Assembly: GCA_043748725.1 (NCBI GenBank)
Contig: JAYVER010000226.1
Location: 8,922 to 72,921, forward strand
Length of the DNA stretch: 64,000 bases
Reading direction: 5' to 3'
Origin: Chloracidobacterium sp.
GTDB lineage: Bacteria > Acidobacteriota > Blastocatellia > Pyrinomonadales > Pyrinomonadaceae
Shown one piece after another: positions 25,645-34,976 of this stretch. Both the position numbers and the translations under genes were made by a program. The notes under the pieces are model-generated. The model did no database searches, had not been told where the DNA came from, and saw only the letters and a list, made by a program, of their open reading frames with translations. Position 1 is the stretch's first letter. Each line of letters opens with the position of its first letter.

Positions 25645-26475
25645 TTAGACTATACCCAGAACTTCCTTCATCGGCGCCATTTTGAAATCGCGTATCAATT
25701 TCTTAAGCCGCCGCTCGGTCGCCCCGAGGTTGAAATAATGCGTCAGCGCGATCCGTCGCGGTACGTCGATCCGTGGGTGTCCGGGGTCGATCTCCCACGG
25801 GTGCAGATAAAACGTGACCGGCTGGCCGCCGCGATTCACCGAGCGTATCGCCTGTTTTGTAAGCTGATACGGGTAAATGCGAAAGTAAGCTCCGCCCGAT
25901 ATCGGCATCGTAAAACCCGGCAGTTTGAGCGTCGATATAGGAAACTCAATAAACTCATGTTTTTCCCGCTTTATTGTGTACGGAAAACGCGGTGCATCCG
26001 CGATGCCGTAACGGTAATTAAGCACCGGAAAGATGCTCGAGTCGTACTTAATGCCGAGCTCGCCCAAAATATCGAGCGCCCACAGCGAATCTTTTGTAAT
26101 CGAAAAGAAAGGCGCTCGGTGGCCGAGCACCTTTTTCCCGGTCAGGTCTTCGAGGTAGTTGATCGCACGGGTCAATTCTTCCTTAAAAAGCTCGGGCGAC
26201 TGTGTGTAGATCAGCGTATGCGAAAATCCGTGCGTGCCTATTTCGTGCCCTGCAGCCTCGATGCGTTTGACGATCTCCGGGTGCTTTTCCGCAACGTAAC
26301 CGAGCATGAAAAACGTCGCCTTCGTCCCGCCGTCGTCGAGTATCTGGAGCAGCTTATCACCCGCCGCCTCGATCCGGTCCTCGAAGCGGTCCCATTCGGC
26401 ATACGGAATTTCAAGCCCCTGATACCAATCTTCAAAGTCGATCGTCAGAGCGTTTGTAACCGGTGTATCAGTCAT
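25645..26475 (-). CDS. polysaccharide deacetylase (DUF3473-containing, EPS-locus type)
   Basis: The start is LTIDFEDWYQ and an NodB-type core is present. The start was set at ATG 26475. Confidence 0.85.
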   Translation of the reverse strand: MTDTPVTNALTIDFEDWYQGLEIPYAEWDRFEDRIEAAGDKLLQILDDGGTKATFFMLGYVAEKHPEIVKRIEAAGHEIGTHGFSHTLIYTQSPELFKEELTRAINYLEDLTGKKVLGHRAPFFSITKDSLWALDILGELGIKYDSSIFPVLNYRYGIADAPRFPYTIKREKHEFIEFPISTLKLPGFTMPISGGAYFRIYPYQLTKQAIRSVNRGGQPVTFYLHPWEIDPGHPRIDVPRRIALTHYFNLGATERRLKKLIRDFKMAPMKEVLGIV

Positions 26476-26660
26476 AAAATAAAATGGTGACCGGCAAACC
26501 GACCGCGCCCCGACTTTTACACCGGGCGGCGGCCGATCATACGATCGTGCGGGAAGATCGCTGCCGATCACCAAACCGTTTTCGATATTTTACCACCAAT
26601 CAGAGAAACTTGCCGATCAAGTCATAGCTGTCAGCAGTAATATCCAGATACGGGACGCTC

Positions 26661-27455
26661 TCAATCATTTTTCTCTTTCAACAACAGTTCGTCGAGCGTC
26701 GAGAGAATAGGTGGAATCTCTTTGAACGAGCCACTCAACCCAGACATCAAATTAAATCGAAAAATATACCAAATAGCCGCAAAACCGTCTTTCATTCCTA
26801 TCTTCTTGCCTTCATCGTATGTCCGGCCGTAATAACTTATCGGCACTTCGTAAACTGCGCAGCCTAATTTTGCCACTTTCGCCGTGACTTCGACTTCAAA
26901 TCCGAAGCCTTTCGACGTGATCAGGAGATTTCTGATAATGTCGCCGCGAAACGCCTTATAACCCGTTTCGATGTCGGACATATTGAGGTTTGTGAACATA
27001 TTGGATAAAAACGTCAACGCCTTATTGGCTAAATAGTGCGAGAAATACAGCACGCGGGCCGCCTTTTTGACCATAAAACGCGAGCCATAGACGACATCCG
27101 CCCGGTTTTCGACGATCGGCCCGATAACATCGGCGATCTCCCGTGGATCGTATTCGAGATCGGCGTCCTGGACTATTACAATATCGCCGATCGTCAACGC
27201 AAAGCCTGTTTTAAGGGCTTCCGTTTTTCCTAAATTCTTTTCTTGCCGCACATATCGAATCCGCGGATCGGACGCGGCGAGACTGTTGATAATATTCGGT
27301 GTTTCGTCGCCGGAGCAATCGTCCACGATTATCAGCTCAAGCAGGAACGGGATCGCCAAAACCTGCCCGACCACGGTTGAAATGGTCACCGCCTCGTTAT
27401 AAGCCGGCATCACGACCGACAGGAAGGGCTTAATTGTCTCGATCTCTGTCGTCAT
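26661..27455 (-). CDS. glycosyltransferase family 2 (polyprenyl-phosphate sugar synthase-like)
   Basis: LSVVMPAYNE...IIVDDCSGDET...QDADLEYDP. Confidence 0.85.
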   Translation of the reverse strand: MTTEIETIKPFLSVVMPAYNEAVTISTVVGQVLAIPFLLELIIVDDCSGDETPNIINSLAASDPRIRYVRQEKNLGKTEALKTGFALTIGDIVIVQDADLEYDPREIADVIGPIVENRADVVYGSRFMVKKAARVLYFSHYLANKALTFLSNMFTNLNMSDIETGYKAFRGDIIRNLLITSKGFGFEVEVTAKVAKLGCAVYEVPISYYGRTYDEGKKIGMKDGFAAIWYIFRFNLMSGLSGSFKEIPPILSTLDELLLKEKND

Positions 27456-28330
27456 TTTTTATAACCGACGGCCGTCCAAAATGATGTCGTGCTGAAAGTA
27501 ATATCGCTGAGTCCTAACCGCTCCATCATCGCTTGAATTTCTTTTTTTGAGAACCGCTGTTCGAGACGCGTCCCAAACCGGTCTAGCGCGTCGTTGCGCA
27601 TCACGTAAAAGCTGTTATTTCGATACTGCGACAGCGGAAAATGAGCAACATTCAGGCCTAACTTCTCCAAAACCAAAGCCGTTCTAGCGAGCGGAAAATA
27701 GATCAGAGCCGCCAGTATCTGGCTGATCGCGAACCGCAAAAAATTTGGCAGGCGGCAAACGATCTTGCGAATTGCGTTGCTTGTTTTCCAGATCAAGCGA
27801 AACCACACCGGGCGGTTATCAAAATTGTAATAAAGATAGACCATGAAAGGCGCTTTCGGCTTTAATTTGGCGACACACGCCCTCATTGCGGCCTCGGTGT
27901 CCGGAATGTGATGCAGCACACCGAGCGAATAACCGAAATCGCAGCTCGCATCGACAAGCGGAATATCTTCGGCTCCGGCGATCTTGAAATGACAATTATC
28001 CGCACCGCTTAAATTGCGTTTTGCGACAGCGAGCGCGTCCGGACTCGGATCAAACAGGTAAAGTTGACCGACGCGCGGCGCGACGAGTTTTGCCCAGCGT
28101 CCGCTGCCGCAGCCGAGGTCGAAACCGACGGCGTCAGGTTTAAGTTTTTCCCATGGAAAAATGTTGAAATAGTTGTCAAACATCCGCTGCAGCTCTTCGT
28201 GCGTGAGAGCAGACTGATCGAAGCGCGACCATTCGTCGCCGAAACCGGTCACAACCTTTGTGTCGATATTGGGCGTCATTGTTTGTCGATAAAGCGCTGA
28301 AACCAAAGTTCGAGCATGAGCAGCGTCCAA
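27452..28330 (-). CDS. class I SAM-dependent methyltransferase with a hydrophobic C-terminal region
   Basis: GFDLGCGSGRW motif I. Confidence 0.8.
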   Translation of the reverse strand: MDAAHARTLVSALYRQTMTPNIDTKVVTGFGDEWSRFDQSALTHEELQRMFDNYFNIFPWEKLKPDAVGFDLGCGSGRWAKLVAPRVGQLYLFDPSPDALAVAKRNLSGADNCHFKIAGAEDIPLVDASCDFGYSLGVLHHIPDTEAAMRACVAKLKPKAPFMVYLYYNFDNRPVWFRLIWKTSNAIRKIVCRLPNFLRFAISQILAALIYFPLARTALVLEKLGLNVAHFPLSQYRNNSFYVMRNDALDRFGTRLEQRFSKKEIQAMMERLGLSDITFSTTSFWTAVGYKK

Positions 28331-30165
28331 AGCTGAAACGCATGATCGCGCTTGGCCGACGTGTGTTCCTCGACATACTTTTCGATCATGCCGGGGCGGA
28401 CGATACCGCGTTTCAACGATTTTTCCGACAGCAAAATGCTACGGACAAAATCCTGCATCTCGCCGCGAAACCATTTCCCAACCGGAACGCCAAAACCCAT
28501 TTTCTTTCGATAAACAACCTCACGCGGCACAAGCCGCGCCGCAACCTTTTTGAGCAGAGATTTCGTCTCAAACTGTCTCATTTTCATGCTTTCCGGCAAG
28601 CTCGCGGCAAACTCGATCAGGTTGTGATCGAGAAACGGCGAACGCGCTTCGAGCGAGTTGGCCATCGAGGCGATATCGACCTTGACCAGCAGATCGTTTG
28701 GCAGATAGGTCATTTGGTCGGTAAGCAGCGTCGCATCGAGCGTGCCGGTGCCGTTCGCCTTGGCAAACCAATCGTCAAGAAAATGCGAGGCATTCTGCCC
28801 GTTGAGCGACGAGGCAAACTCCTCGGTGTAAAGATCGTGTTTCGCGTCGCGGTTGAACGTGGACATCCAACGAAAATACCGCTCGGTTCGCGGTAAATTA
28901 GCAGCCTGGAGAAAGCGTTTTGCATCGCGAAAACGGCTGCGTTTTAATTCGGATGTCGGCAACAGATTGACCGGAGCTTCGACAAATACTCGTCGCAACG
29001 CTTTCGGTACGCGGTGGTATGCTTCGGCGATACGCATAGCCGCATACCGTTCGTATCCCGCAAAACTCTCGTCACCGCCATCGCCGTTGAGAGCTACGGT
29101 CACGTGCTTGCGAGTTTCCCGGGAAACATAGTAAGTCGGGATCGCGGATGAATCGGCATACGGCTCACCGTAATGCTCGACCAGCGTCGGCAGTACGTCA
29201 AGAGCATTCGGGCGGACGATAAATTCGTGATATTCGGCGCCGACGTGTTCGGCGACGCGTTTTGCGTATTTCAGCTCGCTGAAATCCTCTTCTTCGAACC
29301 CGATCGAAAATGTTTTTACCGGTGACGTACTTTCCTGGGCCATCAGCGCCACGACCGTCGATGAATCGACACCGCCCGAAAGAAATGCACCCAACGGCAC
29401 CTCGGAGATCATCCGCAGCCTTGTAGATTCGCGTAATATTCGCGTCGTTTCCTCGATCGCCTCTGCCTCGGTTATTTTTATTTTCTTTGAAAAATCCGGC
29501 TGCCAATAGCGTTTTGTCTCGATGCGGCCATCTTTCCATTTGAGCCAATGCCCCGGTTCGAGTTTTCGTATTTGCTTAAATGCGGTCTGCGGCGCCGGGA
29601 CGCATAGATACGAAAAATAGCTGTCTATTGCCTGCATATCGACCTCGCGTGAAACGGACGGATGCTGAAGAAGAGCCTGAAACTCGGAGCCGAAGATGAG
29701 ATCGCCGTTAGATTGGTGAGAGTAGAGAATAGGTTTTTTGCCGACCCGGTCGCGTGCCAGAAAGAGCGTTTTGTCTCGCTCGTCCCAGATCGCCAGGGCA
29801 AACATCCCGCGCAAATGCTGCAAGCAATCGACGCCGTATTCGTCATAGAGATGAATTACGGCCTCGGTGTCGGATTTTGTATAGAATTGATGGCCGCGTT
29901 TCTCCAGGTCTTCGCGCAAGGCCTGATAATTATAGATCTCGCCGTTGAAGACGATCCATTTTGACTTGTCAGCGTTGTGGATCGGCTGCTGGCCGCCGGC
30001 GACATCTATTATGGAAAGCCGGCGCATGGCAAGACCCGCGTTTTCACGGATGTAGAATCCGGCATCGTCCGGCCCGCGATGGGCGATGGCCTGATTCATC
30101 CGCTCCAAAACGGCGCGCTCTATCGCGGCATCGTTCGCGTTTATGTAACCTGTAATTCCACACAT
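28276..30165 (-). CDS. asparagine synthase (glutamine-hydrolysing) family amidotransferase
   Basis: The N-terminus is MCGITG (Ntn) and the SGGVDSS PP-loop is present. Confidence 0.92.
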   Translation of the reverse strand: MCGITGYINANDAAIERAVLERMNQAIAHRGPDDAGFYIRENAGLAMRRLSIIDVAGGQQPIHNADKSKWIVFNGEIYNYQALREDLEKRGHQFYTKSDTEAVIHLYDEYGVDCLQHLRGMFALAIWDERDKTLFLARDRVGKKPILYSHQSNGDLIFGSEFQALLQHPSVSREVDMQAIDSYFSYLCVPAPQTAFKQIRKLEPGHWLKWKDGRIETKRYWQPDFSKKIKITEAEAIEETTRILRESTRLRMISEVPLGAFLSGGVDSSTVVALMAQESTSPVKTFSIGFEEEDFSELKYAKRVAEHVGAEYHEFIVRPNALDVLPTLVEHYGEPYADSSAIPTYYVSRETRKHVTVALNGDGGDESFAGYERYAAMRIAEAYHRVPKALRRVFVEAPVNLLPTSELKRSRFRDAKRFLQAANLPRTERYFRWMSTFNRDAKHDLYTEEFASSLNGQNASHFLDDWFAKANGTGTLDATLLTDQMTYLPNDLLVKVDIASMANSLEARSPFLDHNLIEFAASLPESMKMRQFETKSLLKKVAARLVPREVVYRKKMGFGVPVGKWFRGEMQDFVRSILLSEKSLKRGIVRPGMIEKYVEEHTSAKRDHAFQLWTLLMLELWFQRFIDKQ

Positions 30166-30183
30166 TCGATTAAATTACAACGC

Positions 30184-31539
30184 TCAGGCTCCGGCCCGAA
30201 GCCGATTATCGACTCTCCGTTGAGCCGCGGCCCGCAATAACTTCGTGTTTTCGCGCCGCTCCTGAAATATCGTCCAGCCTACGCCGACCAAAATAAATAA
30301 AAATACCTGTATCTGAGTTCGCTGGCGATATGCCGTGCCAACATTTCCGAGAAAGATCGAATAAGCGATCGTCAACATCAAGCTAAAGATCAATATCGGA
30401 AAAGCATTTCTTAGCCTTTTTTTGATGGCATAGATCAGGCCGGAAATTAGCAGCGGCATCATCGCCCACCATAAAAGCACCTCTGGAATAGTTATCGCCT
30501 GCCGCAAATTTGCCGCCTGCCACGGAAACGGTGCGAACATAAGATAGGAAAATCCGAGCGGCAGAGCTGAAATTGCGCCCTCAGTCGTCGAAACATCTAC
30601 ATCCTCACCGTATCCTGAATTTGCGGCCCTCGCCAGATCCGAGCGGCTGCTCTGAATGCGGTCTAGATTGCCAAAAACCTTTAACTCGACGCTCGCGTTT
30701 CGGCCAACTCCGAAATATATAGCCGAAAAACCGAGAAGGATGAGAACGAATGTTCGACGCAGAATCGACTTGTTTGTAGTGTTTACCCCGACTATAAAAC
30801 TGCCGACGATTGCCACCAAAACCATATATAAAATATAAAATCGGAGCGACATGATGCCGAAAAGCGCAACTACCAATAGGCCGATCGCCACGTAATTTAC
30901 CCTTTCCTGCAATTGCAAAACCATTGTCATGATCAGGACAAGCAAAAAGATGATCAATCCATCCTTAAGCAATTGACCGGACCAAATTACAAATGACGGA
31001 AAGATCGCGATGGCGATCGCCGAGAACTTAGCAACCTTGATATTGCTAAAGATCTTATTTGCACAGAAGTACACCATCGGTGCGGTCGCCGCCCCGATAA
31101 CCGCACAGAACGACTGCGCGGCAAAAATATTTCGACCCAAGAGCGTATAAATAAATCCCGTCAGGTAATACATGCCCCATCCGGCACCGCTGCGGGGATC
31201 GATCTGATATGTGAGGCCATCTCCCATCTGGGCATGGCCCAGCCAGGTATCCATCAAAACCGCGCCGTAAATGTCGTAGGCCCTGGCGTCGCCGCCGAAG
31301 AATTCACGCAGATCGAATACGTGAATAAATATCCCGAATGCCATTCTCGCGGCCAAAGCGACAAGAAAGACTGTGGTGATAAATTCTTTCTCTTCGGTAT
31401 ATCTGCGGAAAATAATGATCGCGATCGCCGATAATATGGCTACAACCAAAACCGCTATCGCCCCGTCGGGAAACGGGACGGCGATGGATCCCATGGCGAT
31501 CACAAGCACGCAGGCAAGCAGCAAGAACCTGTTTCCCAT
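30184..31539 (-). CDS. polytopic membrane protein (putative GT-C-type glycosyltransferase or polymerase)
   Basis: There are ten or more hydrophobic segments and an acidic first loop (GGDARAYD). The family was not securely recognised. Confidence 0.5.
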   Translation of the reverse strand: MGNRFLLLACVLVIAMGSIAVPFPDGAIAVLVVAILSAIAIIIFRRYTEEKEFITTVFLVALAARMAFGIFIHVFDLREFFGGDARAYDIYGAVLMDTWLGHAQMGDGLTYQIDPRSGAGWGMYYLTGFIYTLLGRNIFAAQSFCAVIGAATAPMVYFCANKIFSNIKVAKFSAIAIAIFPSFVIWSGQLLKDGLIIFLLVLIMTMVLQLQERVNYVAIGLLVVALFGIMSLRFYILYMVLVAIVGSFIVGVNTTNKSILRRTFVLILLGFSAIYFGVGRNASVELKVFGNLDRIQSSRSDLARAANSGYGEDVDVSTTEGAISALPLGFSYLMFAPFPWQAANLRQAITIPEVLLWWAMMPLLISGLIYAIKKRLRNAFPILIFSLMLTIAYSIFLGNVGTAYRQRTQIQVFLFILVGVGWTIFQERRENTKLLRAAAQRRVDNRLRAGA

Positions 31540-33254
31540 CAGGAATTGCCCTCCCGAAGCACGAGATTGTTTTCGAGCACGAGCGCGTCAAAATCTGCGT
31601 TTCCATACGTATTGATCGCATCCTGCGGCGTGCAGACGATCGGTTCCTGGACGTTGAAAGACGTGTTGAGCAGCATCGGAATGCCGGTGATCTTTTTGAA
31701 TTCGTTTATCAGATTCCAGTATCGCGGATTAACCTCACGCCCGACCATCTGCGGCCGGGCAGTGCCGTCAACGTGAACAACGGCGGGAATTTTCGACTTG
31801 TATTCCGCGGCAACTTTGATAACCGTGATCATAAACGGGTCGTGATGCTCGACGCCGAAAACCTCGCGGGCGTCTTCCTCAAGCATCGACGGTGCAAGCG
31901 GTCGAAACCATTCGCGTAGCTTAACTTTGTGGTTCAAGATCTCGCGCATATCGGCACGACGCGGATCGGCGAGAAAGCTGCGTGCTCCGAGGGCCCGAGG
32001 GCCCAGTTCCATTCGACCGTTGAACCAGCCGATGATCGCGCCGTCGGCGATCATTTTTGCGAGTCGGGGCAAAAGCACTTCATCGGAAAGCGTTTCGTAT
32101 TTCAGCCCCGCCGCATCCAGGGCGTCTTGGCATTCTTCATTTGAAAAACCAGGACCCCAAAAGGCGTGTTTCATCACAAATTTGCGGGGATGGCCGAGCG
32201 TCTGATGCCAAACATACATCGCCGCCCCGAGCGAGCAGCCCGCGTCACCGGCGGCCGGTTGGACATAGAAATTTTTGAACGGCGTTTCGTGAAATATTCG
32301 CCCGTTCATTACCGAGTTGAACGCGACGCCGCCGGCCATGCAGAGGTTTTCCTCGCCGGTCATTTCCTTTATCTTTTTGACCAGATAAATAGCCGTGTCT
32401 TCGAGCGCTTTCTGTGCCGAACACGCAATGTCCCAATGATGCTCGATCAATTCCTCGCCCTTTTTCCGGCTCGGCCCAAGCTCTCTAATGATCGCGTCGG
32501 GAAATTGATAATGTTTGGCTAGGTGATGATCGAGAACCTTGATATTGAACTTAAAATCGCCGCCGCCGTTGGTTGTCAGCACTTTTTCGCGAAAAAAATC
32601 GACGTATTTCGGCTTGCCGTATGCGGCCAGTCCCATCACCTTCCACTCGTCGCCGGTGAACATGTCAAAGCCGATATAGTTGGTCACCGCTGAGTAGAAT
32701 TGCCCTAAGCTGTGCGGCAGTTTGATACGTTTTAGAACCTCGATCTTGTTGCATTCGCCCCGGCAAAAGAGCGTCGTCGTATCTTCGCCCGTGCCGTCCC
32801 ATGTAAGGATCGCCGCTGAATCGAACGGAGATACAAAAAATGCCGACGCAGCGTGTGTTTGGTGATGCTCGAGATAATGAAATTTGAAATCACTCGCACC
32901 AAAATGCTCGCGAAGGCGTTTCGGATGCCTGAACATACCCAAATAGCTTTCGCTGACCTGCGCAAGTCCGCGGTCGGCACGCGCCTTGAACATATCCCTA
33001 GATATAAACGCCGCTCTCGCCGCCTGGACGGCTTTATGACGCAATATCCACGGCTTCCAGTAATGACCGACATGCTCAACGTCTTTTAGCGTGATACTGG
33101 CGTGATCGAGGCAAAACTGGATAGCTCGGTACGGGAAACCACTATGGTGCTTGACACGCGAAAAGCGCTCCTCTTCGACGGCCGCAATAAGCTCACCGTC
33201 CTTGATAAGCGCCGCCGCCGAATCACCTAATGTGGTCAAGCCAAGAATATACAT
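31539..33254 (-). CDS. carbamoyltransferase (NodU/CmcH family)
   Basis: MYILGL...DSAAALIKDGELIAAVEEERFSRVKH. Confidence 0.92.
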   Translation of the reverse strand: MYILGLTTLGDSAAALIKDGELIAAVEEERFSRVKHHSGFPYRAIQFCLDHASITLKDVEHVGHYWKPWILRHKAVQAARAAFISRDMFKARADRGLAQVSESYLGMFRHPKRLREHFGASDFKFHYLEHHQTHAASAFFVSPFDSAAILTWDGTGEDTTTLFCRGECNKIEVLKRIKLPHSLGQFYSAVTNYIGFDMFTGDEWKVMGLAAYGKPKYVDFFREKVLTTNGGGDFKFNIKVLDHHLAKHYQFPDAIIRELGPSRKKGEELIEHHWDIACSAQKALEDTAIYLVKKIKEMTGEENLCMAGGVAFNSVMNGRIFHETPFKNFYVQPAAGDAGCSLGAAMYVWHQTLGHPRKFVMKHAFWGPGFSNEECQDALDAAGLKYETLSDEVLLPRLAKMIADGAIIGWFNGRMELGPRALGARSFLADPRRADMREILNHKVKLREWFRPLAPSMLEEDAREVFGVEHHDPFMITVIKVAAEYKSKIPAVVHVDGTARPQMVGREVNPRYWNLINEFKKITGIPMLLNTSFNVQEPIVCTPQDAINTYGNADFDALVLENNLVLREGNS

Positions 33255-33261
33255 ATAAAAC

Positions 33262-33361
33262 TAACAACTGATTATCGCAGATTTACACGGATTATTTTTA
33301 TTAGGTCAGATCCGCAGCAATCGAGTTAGGTAAATTTATCCGCGCCAATCCGCGCCAATCC
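33262..33361. repeat. 10-bp-phased word arrays downstream of the GxxExxY gene (GATT x3, then ATCC x3)
   Basis: GATT starts at 33270, 33280 and 33290. ATCC starts at 33338, 33348 and 33358; the last units encode the C-terminal residues of the ORF. Confidence 0.9.
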
Positions 33362-33767
33362 GTTGTTCAAATTCTTCCGCTGGCTTTCCTAACCGGTTGA
33401 TTAAACGATGATGTTCGAAACTTTGTGCTCCGAAATTCAAAATCAGTGCGAGTTCCAGCCCGGTTGCTTTTAGATAGTTCAATGTCTGGGCTTTGTGAAC
33501 ATTTGTAATTCTTTCCGCAACCTTTAATTCGAGAATTAGCCGCTGCTCGACAAGAATATCTGCACAATAATCCCCGACAATTTCACCTTCGAATCTAACC
33601 TTGATAGGCACCTGCTGTTCGGCAAACATCCCCTCTCTCCGAAACAGAACCATCAACGAATTTTCATAAACCTTTTCCAAATACCCGTGACCAAGCGTTC
33701 GATGACCCTGCATTCCAAGTCCAATGACCTTATAAGTCAGGTCACCATATAGCAGTTCTTCGCTCAT
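33336..33767 (-). CDS. GxxExxY protein (PD-(D/E)XK-like orphan cassette family)
   Basis: GHGYLEKVYENSL (GxxExxY) ...DILVEQRLILELKV... matches the TIGR04256-type pattern as I recall it. Confidence 0.8.
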   Translation of the reverse strand: MSEELLYGDLTYKVIGLGMQGHRTLGHGYLEKVYENSLMVLFRREGMFAEQQVPIKVRFEGEIVGDYCADILVEQRLILELKVAERITNVHKAQTLNYLKATGLELALILNFGAQSFEHHRLINRLGKPAEEFEQRIGADWRG

Positions 33768-33775
33768 AAAATATT

Positions 33776-33840
33776 CAACAACGGATTAACGCAGATTGAC
33801 ACGGATTACTCTTTATTTTTGATTGAGAAATATCCGCCGT
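33776..33840. repeat. 10-bp-phased GATT word array upstream of the GxxExxY gene
   Basis: aacaacggattaacgcagattgacacggatta, with GATT starting at 33784, 33794 and 33804. The words match those at 33262-33293 and 53488-53520. Confidence 0.88.
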
Positions 33841-33850
33841 TTCAAACTCC

Positions 33851-34975
33851 CTATTTCACCAGACTTCGGCTGGCGAGTTCGGCGGTCGCGCTTTCGACGC
33901 GGTCTTCGGCGTTTTGGCCGCCCAGCCAGTCAAGAAGCTCAGCAAGTCCCGCTTCCAGCGAGACTTTCGACTCATAGCTGAGCAGTTTCCTTGCCTTAGA
34001 AATATCCGCGACACAATGGCGTATGTCGCCCTCGCGATAAAGGCCTACGATCTCCGGCTCAATGTCTTTGCCGAGACCGTTTGCCAGTAGTTGGGCGATC
34101 TGCTTAACCGATGTCGCTCTTCCCGTACCGATGTTCATCGCCTGATAATCGCCTCCGTCGGTACGAAGCGCGAGCAAATTCGCCTGCACGATATCGCTCA
34201 CGTGAACGAAATCGCGCGACTGCTCGCCGTCCTCAAAAATCGTCGGAGCCTGGTCATTCAGCAGACGCGACGAAAATATCGCACACACTCCGGTGTACGG
34301 ATTCGATAAAGCCTGACGCGTCCCGTAAACGTTAAAATAACGAAACGCGACCGTCGGGATCTTGTACGCACGGCCGACCGCGAGACAGTATTGTTCCTGA
34401 TCCTGCTTGGTCACGGCGTAAACCGAGGTTGGAAACAGCGGCTTTTCTTCCGGGGTGCCGATCGCAGCCAGCAGGCCGCCGCATTTTTCACATTTGAATT
34501 CCCAATCGTGCGCGGCAAGCTGTTCATTAGATCTGAGAAACGGATAAACGACTATGTCGCATGTTTGACAGCGGTAAGCTCCCTCGCCGTAGATCGACAT
34601 CGACGACGCAACAACCAGCTTGCGAAACTGCGCGGGCCGCTTGATCATTTCCTCAAGCAGGACCGCGGTACCGAGATCGTTTGCCTTTACATACCGGACG
34701 ATCTCGTACATCGATTGCCCGACGCCGACCTCGGCGGCCTGGTGATAAACAACGTCAATGCCATCGAGCGCACGAGAGACGACTTCGGCGTCGCAAACAT
34801 CGCCCCGAATAAATTCAGCTTGCTGGTTTAAATGCGCGGGAATGGTCGAGCCGTGAACCTGTTTGACCAGCGAATCAAGGATACGGACACGATGCCCTTT
34901 CGTCACCAAAGCATCAACTAAATGCGAGCCGATAAATCCGGCCCCGCCTGTTACTAAAATATTCAATTTTTCCAT
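33851..34975 (-). CDS. NAD-dependent epimerase/dehydratase (SDR) with an inserted Cys4 zinc-ribbon
   Basis: VTGGAGFIGSHL and YAVTK motifs. The insert is CQTC...x22...CEKC. Confidence 0.88.
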   Translation of the reverse strand: MEKLNILVTGGAGFIGSHLVDALVTKGHRVRILDSLVKQVHGSTIPAHLNQQAEFIRGDVCDAEVVSRALDGIDVVYHQAAEVGVGQSMYEIVRYVKANDLGTAVLLEEMIKRPAQFRKLVVASSMSIYGEGAYRCQTCDIVVYPFLRSNEQLAAHDWEFKCEKCGGLLAAIGTPEEKPLFPTSVYAVTKQDQEQYCLAVGRAYKIPTVAFRYFNVYGTRQALSNPYTGVCAIFSSRLLNDQAPTIFEDGEQSRDFVHVSDIVQANLLALRTDGGDYQAMNIGTGRATSVKQIAQLLANGLGKDIEPEIVGLYREGDIRHCVADISKARKLLSYESKVSLEAGLAELLDWLGGQNAEDRVESATAELASRSLVK

Positions 34976-34976
34976 T

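Noticed and set aside
25738-26490. 250-aa plus-strand ORF antisense to the polysaccharide deacetylase
   Set aside because: It is an Arg-rich shadow ORF. The minus-strand product has clear family motifs.
26476-26660. Internal promoter in the 185-bp gap upstream of the deacetylase gene
   Set aside because: Candidate -35/-10 hexamers do not have acceptable spacing. This cannot be supported from sequence alone.
28258-28896. 212-aa plus-strand ORF antisense to the asparagine synthase gene. Similar antisense ORFs lie at 34987-35601, 39339-39890, 42739-43473, 44489-44983 and 45811-46539.
   Set aside because: All lie opposite strongly supported minus-strand genes and have biased, Arg/Pro-rich or low-complexity translations.
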